The notes under the pieces: model-generated
Told to the model about the DNA's origin: nothing
Databases searched by the model: none
The model's input: the letters and a program-made list of their open reading frames with translations, nothing else
Program-made: the position numbers and the translations under genes
Part shown: one piece after another, positions 1 through 12,000 of the stretch
How positions within the stretch are numbered: the stretch's first letter is position 1
Layout of the letters: each line of letters opens with the position of its first letter
DNA from: Thermoplasmatota archaeon
GTDB taxonomy: Archaea; Thermoplasmatota; JAKEGO01
Direction of reading: 5' to 3'
Assembly (NCBI GenBank): GCA_028279595.1
Contig: JANQNK010000006.1
Coordinates: 96,001 to 160,000, forward strand
DNA: 64,000 nucleotides

Positions 1-2
1 TC

Positions 3-3000
3 TGGCACAACGGAAGCTGGGGGTCCGGATGGATGACCTATTCCGGAAACTTCTCGCTATCCGAGTGGGGAATGTACATAATCGAGTGGTACTCGTACGA
101 CGAGCTCGGGAACATCGACTGGGTCTTCGACTACAACAACCAGACCTACTACGTCGATGACAGCGCTCCCGGGACCACCATCGCCCTCGGAACTCCGAAC
201 TACTACGATGGAGCGGACTACTGGGTCAACGACACCACCACGATCGGCTTCACCATCGACGACGGCACCGGCGTCGGCCTCAACGCCACCTGGTACCGCA
301 TATGGTACGGAAGCGATCCGTGGAGCTCGTGGACTAACCACACCGCGGCCGGCGACTTCATGCTCGGCCTTGGCGATGGCATGTACCACATCGAGTTCTT
401 CTCGACCGACCTGATCGGCAACAACGAGAGCTCGACGAACTTCACAGTGTACGTCGATTCCGTCGCACCATCGATCAGCATCTCCGACATCACCGAGCAG
501 AGGTACGACTTCGGGAACGGCACCCGTGTACCGAGCATCTACCTCTACACCCCGGGAACGGCCACTGTCTACTATGGCGACGACATGACCGCGGAGCAGT
601 TGTTCTACATAAACGGTACGGCTAGCGATGCCAATTCCGGATTCCAGGAGGTCACATACTCGACCCTCCTCGGAGACACTCCGGCGACTGACACCTCGAG
701 CCCGTGGTCGGCCACGTACGGCGCAGAGGCTACCGACGCGGACGGAACGATCACCATCACGGCATACGACAACCTGGACCAGATGACCCAGGTGACGGTA
801 ACCGTGACGCAGGATACGACGGACCCGACGATCACCGACGGTGATTGGTCCGAGTCCTCGACCTTCCTGTGGGTGGACCTGACGAATGACACCACGGACA
901 ACAGCATCGCATACAACACGAACGGCATGACAGGCACCTACATCGGCACACTCGCCCTGGACATCAACGACGATGTTCAGCTCGACCGCGGACAGTACAG
1001 CGTCGCGGTGGGATGGATCGGCGCACCCTGGCAGTTCTTCTCGGGTGTCTCCACCACCACCAACGTGCAGTACCAGTTCAACTCGGGCGATACGTGGAAC
1101 GCAACGATCTCCGTGTTCATCTACGACAAGGTGAACAACTATCAGGGACAGACCGGCGTATACGCGATCTATCGCGACACCTTCGATCCGAGGGTGCGCG
1201 TGACCTCGATATCCGAGTCGAGCATCTATCTCCACTCGCCTGACACGAGCACACTCGTGTTCGGCGACGGCATGGGTTCAGAGCAGTCCTTCACCATCAA
1301 CGGCGTTGCGAGCGATCCGTTCAGCGGACTCGCGAACGTGAGCTTCAGCAGCTACGCGGGAGACAGCCCCTCCGATACTGCTGTGAGCCCATGGGCGGCC
1401 GTCTACGGTGTGGACAACGCGGACGTCGCAGGTGTGATCAACATCACCGCCTATGACAACATGGGCAACACGAAGATGATCAATGTGACGACGATCCGCG
1501 ATACGGATGCACCGTCGATCTCCAGCGTGCTTATTACCGATCTGACCCTTGGGTCCACGACATACGTGGCTGACGGCGATGATATCCAGGTAACTGCCAC
1601 GATCACGGATGCCAATCAGGCCTACATGACGACATCCGACATCACTGCAGACCTCTGGATGTTCGGCGGAGGGAACGGAGTGAACCCCGATTGGTACAAT
1701 CCGACCACCGGCGAGGCGCACTGGAACCTATCGTCCGTGACGTGCTCTGTCTCGGATGGTCTCAACACCGTCTGGGTGAACGCCACTGACATCGTCGCCC
1801 ACACAGCGACGATGGGCAGCGACGACATAACGGCCGACAACAGCAACCCGATCATCGCTGTAACGAGCATAACCGAGTGGCCCGGAAGCGCGTACCTTTA
1901 CTCGCCCGACCTCGCGAACATCTACTTCGGCGACGACATGGGCTCGGAGCAGGACTTCTGGATCAACGGTACCGTGAGCGACGGTGGTTCCGGCATCAAG
2001 GCCATAACCTTCTCGTCACTGCTCGGTGAGAGCCCGGCGAACCAGACCTCGACCCCATGGGCCGTCATGTACGGCGCGGAGTCGACGGACGTCGGCGGGA
2101 CCATCACCATTACAGTGATAGATAATACGGACAACACCGCGCAGGTGACCGTCACGGTGACGCAGGATGCGACGAACCCGTCCTTCGACGACGGCGACTG
2201 GTCCGATGCGAGCTCGAACCTCTACGTCGACCTGACCGATGACACGTCCGATAACATGATCTACTACAGCCAGCTCATGGCGGGTACCGATTCCGGAACG
2301 CTCACCTTCGCGGTCAGCGACAACGTCGAGCTGTACGAGCTGGTGTACGACACCGGTGTGGGCGACGATGGCGACGACCTGTTGAGCGGCGCCTCGGCAA
2401 CACCTACCGTTGTCTACGGATTCGACTCCGCGGACACCTTCAGCAGCACGCTGACGATGGTCCTGACCGACGCCGTGGGCAACTCGGTAACCGATTCGAC
2501 CACATGGGAGATCGTGCTCGACACGACCGCTCCGGCAACGGCTATCACTGCGATAACCGAGACCAGCCCCTACCTGTGGGCTCCGGACCTCGCGACCCTG
2601 TACTTCGGCGACGACATGGCATCTGCACAGAGCTTCGATATCGACGGGACAGCCGTGGATGCGAGCTCCGGCCTGGACACGGTCACCTACTCCACCCTGC
2701 TTGGCGACAGCCCCGGGGCGGATACGACCAGCCCATGGTCGGCCACCTATGATGCGACCTTCACCGACACCGGTGGAACGATCAGCATAACCGCCACCGA
2801 CATGGTCGGCAACAACGTGGTGCTCAGCGTCACCGTGACACAGGACACCACTGCACCGAGCATCGACGACGGCGACTGGTCCGAGTCATCGCTATACCTG
2901 TGGGTCAACACGACCGACGATACCACCGACAACACGATCTACTACGGCGACGACATGACGGGCACCGAGATCGGTACCCTGACGCTCGACCTTTCCGATG

Positions 3001-6000
3001 CGATCGGACTCCAGAACATCACCTACATGTGGGGAGTCGGCCACGACGGCAACGAGACCCTTACCGGCACGTCCGACACGATATCCGTTGACTACGACTT
3101 CGAGTCGACCGACACGTGGACCGGGACCCTGACCATAACCTCCTGGGACATGGTTGACAACGTCGTCACCGACGTTCTCACCTGGGACATAATGAGGGAT
3201 GTGACGGCACCGGTCGTCAGCAACGTCGTGATACTCGATCTGAACTACACGAACCCGAACTGGACCGCCGACGACAGGAGCGTGCAGGTGACCGCAACGG
3301 TGACCGGCGCTGACTACATGGGCGGCGGAATGATCCAGGCGAACCTGACAGGACTCGGCGGCGCGGTCGATGCCGCACCCGACAACTACTGGTTCGGCAA
3401 CAACACGGCGATCTGGTATGTCGATCCGACGACCTGCGACCCGTCGAACGGGAACGTGACCATCGACGTCCATGCGTGGGACTACGTCTACAACTACCAC
3501 ATGGACAACGACACGATCAGGTCCGATAACACCGGCCCGCAGATCAGCAGCGTGTTGATAACCGACATCACCGACTTCGCGACCGACTTCACCAGCGACG
3601 GGCACCAGATGCTCGTCGAGGTGACCATCGTCGACGCATTCGTTGACCAGATACCCGTGACAAGCATCACGGCAGACCTGACGGATCTCGGAGGGAACGT
3701 AAGTGACAACCCGAACACCTGGTTGCCTGGCCTGGGATATGCATCGTGGGCGTTCAGCCCGTCCTTGTGCACGCCCTCCGACGGTATCGTTACCGTATGG
3801 GTCAACGTCACCGACGCCGCGAACAACACGGCGGATCAGGCGAACGACACGATCCGGTCCGACAACAGCGCACCCACGATCTCGAGCGTATACATCTATG
3901 ACCAGACCAACGGCAGGGACGACTACGTGAAGGACGGCGACGACGTCCAGATAACCGCCACGATCACCGACACATGGATGTCCTTCATGGACACATCGAT
4001 GATCGAGGCCAATCTCAGCGAGATCGGCTACGGATGGCACGTTGCCCCCGACTTCTACAACACCGTTACCGGCATGACCTACTGGAACATCACGAACGTC
4101 AACGTCACCGATGCGACGAGCACCGTGACCGTCGATGCACGTGACTTCATCTTCAACTTCGCGACACAGCAGAGCGACGATATCATTGGAGATGTCACTG
4201 CGCCGACCATCGAGATGGTGGTCATTACCGACACGACGCTCGGTCTGACGAACTACAGCACCGACGGCGACGACGTACAGATAACTGTATATGTGAACGA
4301 CACGAACCAGGCGGACATCACCACGTCTATGATAACCGCGGACCTGACCGGCTTCAGCCTTGGAGCCGCTGTCAATCCGGACGGATATGGCACGGGATCC
4401 GGTATGGCATACTGGAACCTGACCTCCGTATCCTACCTGGCAGAGGGAACGGTGACCGTCGATGTCGACGCGGCCGATCCTGCAGGGAACGCGGGAACGC
4501 AGGCATCCGGTTCGATCATAGCGGACAACACAGCACCCACGATCGGATCGCCGTCGATCACCGACACGACGATCTCGTCGACGATGTTCGTCAAGAACGG
4601 CGACAACGCGATGATCCTCGCTTGGATAAACGACACCAACATGCTGAACATCACCGCGGACACCACCGGTCTGGACTTCTTCGGAACCCAGTGGGATACA
4701 CCGACCTGGAGGAACGCGGTCACCGGCAAGACCATCTGGAACATCACCGGAACTACCTGCAACCCGTCGGATGCGGACATAACCGTCACCTGGCGCGTAT
4801 ACGATCAGGCGATGCACCTGACGACAGTGACCGATACGATCACTGCTGACAACACCGGACCGTCCATCGCTGCTGTATACATCTACGACCAGACCCTGGG
4901 CCGGGACGACTATGCAAAGACCGGCGACGATATCCAGGTCACCGCTTACGTGAACGACACGTGGCAGGCCTACATCACCGCCAGCGACATAACGGCGGAC
5001 CTTGCGGGCCTCGGCGGCGGTCTCTTCACGAACCCCGACTACTACGACACCGTGAGCGGTCTGTGCATCTGGAACATCACGCCAGCCACCGTGACCCCGG
5101 GCATCGTGACCGTCTCGGTCGACGCCCTGGACGACGTTGGCAATGCGGGTGCCCAGCAGACGGACACCATCATCGGCGACAACACTGCCCCGACGATACA
5201 GGCTGTGACGATCACCGATACGACCCTCATGCAGACCAACTTCACCACCGACGGGAACGACATCCAGATAACCGCCTACATCAACGACACGTACCAGTTC
5301 GACATCACGACCTCGATGATCACGGCGGACCTGACCGGCTTCAGCCTGGGAGCCGCTGTCAATCCTGATGGATATGGCACCGGGTCCGGCATGGCATACT
5401 GGAACCTGACGGCCGTGACCTGCTCACCGTCCGACGGCACGATCAACGTGGACGTCGACGCGGTCGACCCGGCCGGCAACGCTGGGACCCAGTCCTCCGG
5501 CTCGATAGTCGCGGACAACACCGCGGTCACCATCGAGATGCTCGAGGCCACCGACACGACGCAATCCACGACACTCTACATTGTGAACGGCGAGAACGTC
5601 GCTGTGTTCGCATACGTGAACGAGACGAACCTCATGAACGTCACGGCCGACATGACCGGCTTCGGTGGTGGTATGTGGGACGCCCCAGACTTCCACAACA
5701 CCGGAACCGGTGTCGCGTGGTGGAACATCACCGGCGTGTCCCTCAGCCCGAGCGACGGAGTGATAACCGTTACCGTCACGGCATACGACCAGGTCTACGC
5801 GATGACAGTCGACACCGACACGATCATCGCGGACAACACCGGACCGACGATCGAGGCAGTTACCATAACGAACAACAACACCGGAAGCACCCAGTTCGTC
5901 ACACAGGGGATCAACGTGACCGTTACGGCGTTCATCAACGACACCAACCAGGTGTCGATAACGACGTCCGAGATCACCGCGGACCTGACGAACCTGGGCG

Positions 6001-9000
6001 GAGTCTTGTTCCAGAACCCCGACATGTACAACACGGGAACTGGCGTGGCGACCTGGTACGTCAACAACATCGCGACGCTGCCCTTCGAGGGTCTTGTGAC
6101 CATAACCGTGGATGCCGAGGACTTCATGGGCAGCACCGGTATACAGGCGAGCGGAACGACCACGGCCGACAACGGACCGCCCAGCATCAACTGGACCGCC
6201 ATCGAGGACCAGACGCTCTCGAGCATGACCTGGACCAAGGACGGCGACACCATGAGGCTGAACGTGACCGTCTTCGACGGCTCACTGTCGTTCATGACGA
6301 CCGCTGACATCTGGGCCGACCTGACGGTGTGGGGCCTCGCGGCCAACACCACCGCTGACACGTTCAACAACGTGACCGGCGACGCCGAATGGGTCTTCTC
6401 GTCCGTTGCATCGACACCGGCCGACGGAGTGGTGACCACTTGGGTCTACTGCCGCGACATAGGCGGTAACTTCGCCAACGCGACCTGGGTCAACATAACT
6501 GCTGACAACACCGACCCGAGCATCTCCGGTGAGCTGATCACCGATGAGACATCCTCGAGGACCGACTTCATCACTGACGGCGACGACGTCTCCGTCTATG
6601 CGATGATATCCGACCTGAACTTCCTGAACACCACGGCCGACATGACCGGCTTCGGTGGCGGGATGTGGGACACCCCGACCTTCCGCAACGCGGGAACCGG
6701 AGTGACCTGGTGGAACATCAGCGGGATCAGCGCGACCCCGACCGACGGCATGATCTACGTGAACATAAGCGCGTACGACTCCGTCCTCAATTTGGTGGTC
6801 GTGATGGAGACGATCATGGTGGACACGACCGCACCTGTCATCGCATCGGTGTTGATCACTGACACCACAGTCCCGCACACGACCTACGTGAAGGACGGTG
6901 ACGATGTACAGGTGACCGCGACGATCACCGACATGTTCCAGAGCTACATGGACACGTCGTTGATATCCGCCGACCTGACGGGCTTCGGACTTGGAGCCGC
7001 TGTCGCACCAGACTACTACGACACCATGACCGGCATGACCTACTGGAACCTGACCTCGGTCACGTGCACGCCATCCGATGGTACTATCACCGTCGCCGTG
7101 GACGCAGATGACTTCAACGACAACTCGGCCACCCAGATGAGCGACGACATCGTGGCGGACAACACACCGCCTGTCATAACCAGCGTGCTGATAACGGATA
7201 CGACGATCTCGAGCACATCATGGGTCGTCGACGGACACGACGTACAGGTCACGGCCAACATACTGCCGACGGACAACCTGACGGTAACCGCCGACCTGAC
7301 CGAGCTCGGAGGAGGCGCTGCAGTCGCGCCGTCGTACTACGACCTCGGCACCGGCGACGCCTACTGGAACATGACCTCTGTCACGTGCACTCCGTCCGAC
7401 GGAGTGATCACGGTGACCGTGGACGCGGCCGACTTCGTGGGCCACACCGACTCCGACACCGACACCATCACCAGCGACAACACCGCACCGACGCTCTCGA
7501 TAACGGTCGGATCGCCGTCCTTCGGCACACTCCCGACCTACGTGACGGATGCGACCGACTTCACTCTGACCGCTGGAGATACCGGAAGCGGTATCGCCAC
7601 GACCGAGTACTACGTGGATGCGACGCCCTGGAACACCTACGTCGGTGCGTTCAACGTGCTGACAGAGGGCGCACACACGATCTACTACAGGACCACCGAC
7701 AACGCGGGATGGGTGACGAGCGGCTCGCTCGACATCTTCGTGGACCTGACGGCACCGTCCGCATCGGGCGCGTGGAGCGAAACGTCGATATACCTGTTCG
7801 TTGACGTCTCCGGAACACTCTGGTTCGGCGACGCGATGGGTGGCTCGGCCATGTTCCCAGTCCTCAGCGGTACCGCTGCAGATGCGGGATCCGGCCTGGC
7901 CTCCGTGACATTCTCGACCGAGTTCGGCGACACCCCGACAAATTCGGGAACGTTGGCCGCCTGGTCGACAGGAGGTTACGGCATCGACTCGACGGACACC
8001 GACACCGACTCGCCCGCCCAGGTGACGATAACCGACAATGTCGGTCATACGACCGTTCTGGACTTCGCCTATGCGGAGGACAACACGGCCCCGATGATCG
8101 ATGACGGTGACTTCGTTGCTGGCGGCGGCCATCTGTACGTCGACACCACTGACGACACCAGCGACAACACGATCTACTATGGCGACGACATGACCGGGTC
8201 CGAACTCGGTTGGCTGATAACAGCGATCTCGGACAACATCGGTCTAGCATCGATGGAATTCCAGACGGCCGTTGGACATGATGGCAATCATGTCTTCCCG
8301 ACGGCGCCGGTCGGATTCTCGCCATGGGTCAACTACTCCTTCGAGAACACTGATACGTTCAGTGGAGCACTGAACCTGAGTGTGACAGATGTCGTGGGCA
8401 ACAACTACTATGACGCGACGACATGGAGCATCATCCGCGACACGTCCGCACCGACGATCTGGGACGGCGACTGGAGCGAGAGTTCCAGCGACCTCTACGT
8501 GGATACGACGTCCGAGTTCACCGACAACACAATAATGTACGGTTCGAGCATGACCAGCACGGAGTACGGAACACTGACTTTCGGATTCGAGGACAACGTA
8601 CAGCTTGCAGGCGCAACCTACACTGTCGCCGTCGGGAACGACGGGGACGATACGTTCTCGGGAACCAACGTGACCGAGACCGTCGTCTACGGCTTCGACT
8701 CCACCGACACCTTCACCGGATTCATTACCGTGACAGTGACGGACGCGGTGGGCAACTCCCTCGCAGTAGGCTCGGAGTGGCAGATCACACGTGACGTGAC
8801 CGCACCGACGATCAACACCGGCGAGTGGGCCGGACCCGACGTGGGCATCTACATCGACTCCGGTCTGGACAAGATGTGGTTCGGTGACAGCATGACCTCC
8901 GCACTCAGGGTGTGGATAAATGGTACGGCGACCGACACTAGCGCTGTCGAGCGTGTCGAGTTCACAACGGAGCCCAACCTCGCGAGCAGCCCGTCCACGC

Positions 9001-12000
9001 ACTGGATCAACGGCACCGGCACGGTCGACTGGTACGGCATGTACACCGTCGACCAGACATCGTCGGCCACGACAGAGGAGACAGCGACAGTGACCGTCTA
9101 CGATATCGTCGGCAACTACGCAACTGCGAACTTCACGTACCAGGAGGACACTGAGGCCCCGACGTATTCAGGTGTGATGTGGGTCGAGGGCGCGAACCCC
9201 AACGCGTTCCCGCTTCCCGACTCCGACTACCTGTTCGTCGACGGCGTCGACACCCTGTGGTTCAGCGACGAGATGCCAGGCATCGAGTATGCCTCCATCT
9301 ACGCGCAGGTCGAGGACAACTTCCTCATCGAGAAGGCCGCGTACTCGGACGAGCCCAACCTGGCGGACAGCCCGTCGGACGAGTTCATGTACACTAACAG
9401 CACCTTCCTGGTCGCAAGCCGCTACGGATTCAGCGACACCAGCGACGATGGGGACGGCGAGATCACCGTGACCCTGACCGACGTCGTGGGCAACTTCGTG
9501 GAGTTCACGATGGACTACGACTGGGACCCGATCGCACCGCAGATCCACGACATGTACTGGGCGGAGAGCTCCTCCTACCTGTACATCGACGGCTCGGACA
9601 CCCTCTGGTTCGGTGACGGCATGTTCCCGAACGTAGACTTCGCTGACATGTTCGGAAACGTCTCCGACAACGTTATGCTCGACTACGCCGAGTACAGCGA
9701 GGAGCCGACCATCGCCCGCTCACCGGGTGACGGACAGGCCCCCGCGATCGACGAGATATTCATCTTCTCGTACGACCGCGAGGACATCTGGACCGAGTAC
9801 GGCTTCGACTCCAGCAGCTCCAACGGCGACAGGCACATCAACGTGACCGTCTACGACAAGGTGGGCAACTACGCCGAGGGAGCACTCTGGTTCGAGCGCG
9901 ACGTGTCGGCACCCGTGTTCGCCAACGAGACATGGATGGAGGACTCCTCCTACCTGTGGATCGACGGAGACGGCGACCTGTGGTTCGGCGACGACATGAT
10001 GATGGAGGAGACCGGAACGGTCTACGGAGAGATAACCGAGAACGCGGAGCTCTTCATGATCGAGTTCAGCAGCGAGGGCAACCTCGCGAGCTCGCCGACC
10101 GCCATAATGACCATGGGCACGACGTACACCTTCATGGAGGACTACGGATTCGACGCCAGCAGCACCATCGGCGACGGCATGGTCGTCGTGACCGCCTACG
10201 ACCAGGTGAACAACACGAACTTCATCGTACTCGACTACGGAACCGACTTCAGGGCACCCAACCTGAACAACACCGAGTGGGAGGAGAACAATGCGTTCAT
10301 GCACATCGACGGCTCCGGCACTCTCTGGTTCAGCAACGCGATGCAGGTCAGCCAGATCGCCTACATAGAGGGCGAGATCTGGGACAACCTGGCATTCGGC
10401 ATGGTGACCTTCTCGGACGAGACGGGCTCCTTCGTCGAGCATTATCTCCCGTACATGGAGGGAATGACCGGCGAGGATGAGTTCGACACGGAGTACGAGT
10501 TCAACACGACAGCGATCGACACCGACTCACCGGTGACGGTGACCCTCGCAGACGCGGTGAACAACACTGCGACCGCGACGCTCACCTACTCGCTCGACGC
10601 GACCGCCCCGATGGCGAACATAACGTCCATGATGAACTACGATGTGCTGAACGACACGCACGCCGCAGTGACGCAGGACCTCGCGGGATGGTACTGGACG
10701 ATCTCCGGAGTCGGCTTCGATGCCGGCAGCGGTATCGACACCATCGAGCTGTCCATAGACGGTGGAGCAGCGGTCACCGCCACGAACGGCGGCGGCTGGG
10801 CGACCTGGTCCTACGACTCGCTCGAGCTGAACAACTCCGGCTGGCACTCCATCGAGTGGACCGTCATCGACCGCGTAGGCAACGCGCAGATGATGACCTA
10901 CGAGGTGTACAGGCCAGCGGTCAACTCGTCCGGTGTATGGATGTGGCGTCTGGCAGACGGCGGCATCCTCAACCTGACGACGATCGCGCCGTACTTCCTG
11001 TGGATGCAGGTGGACCTGGTGCTTCCGACCGACTACATCTGGGTGGCGATCGAGCGGTTCTTCGAGAACCCGATCTCCAACGACCCGTGGAACCTGACGA
11101 ACTTCCACTTCATGACGATCGAAGTGGATGACAACGACCTGCTGGTCGGGGCGAACCTCGAGTTCTACTACACGCAGCAACAGCTCCGGAACAACAATCT
11201 GACGGAGGACGACCTGCTCGGACTCGGCTTCTTCAACGAGACGTCCGGAGAATGGGAGCTCTATCCCGACACCGGCGTGCACGACTTCGTGCCGTACAGA
11301 CGCATACCGGGACGTACCCAGATACACGAGTATCAGGGCTACCTGTGGGCCGACATGATCCCGCACTTCTCGCTGATCAGCGGCCTCGGACAGAGCTACA
11401 AGGTCGAGCTACTCGGCAACACTACCCAGACCGCTGACATCTTTGACGACGTGAACGACGAGGGTGCGGACTTCTGGGTGGAGTACACCATCGTCGTGAG
11501 CAACGAGGGAACGGAGAACGACGACTTCAGGCTGAGCGCAACAGGACCTCTCGGCTGGAAGCTCTTCCTCGACGGAGACCGCGACCCGCAGGGCTGGGAC
11601 GACCACGAGACCGACACAACCATCGAGAACCTCGGATGGGGCGAGTCCATCGAGTGGACCCTCACCGCGCACATATACGACACGGACCTGAACGTAGACT
11701 CCTGGCCTCTCAGCGGTGACACCGCCGAGCCGGGTCGGACCTACTACATAGACATCGAGGTCGAGTCGCTGACCGATCCAGGAACGTCGTACGACTCGAT
11801 GGTGATCGACGCTGTGATCCGCAGGCCTGACCTCGGAGTGAACCTCGTGACGTCCACCAATCCGGGCGCATGGATACTGACGAATGCCGAGATCGACCTG
11901 TACGCCTTCGTCCACAACTACGGCAACTGGACGACCTCCGCGAGCTACGACGGTTACATCGACCCATGGGTATGGGACGAGGACGAGTCAAGATGGCTCG

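Noticed and set aside
2892-4817. Long antisense/alternate-frame ORFs (also 44982-46658+, 45566-46843+, 55957-57459+, 60745-62424-, 30865-32058-)
   Set aside because: Shadows of real genes caused by GC-rich codon bias; no motifs, and compositions mirror the sense strand.
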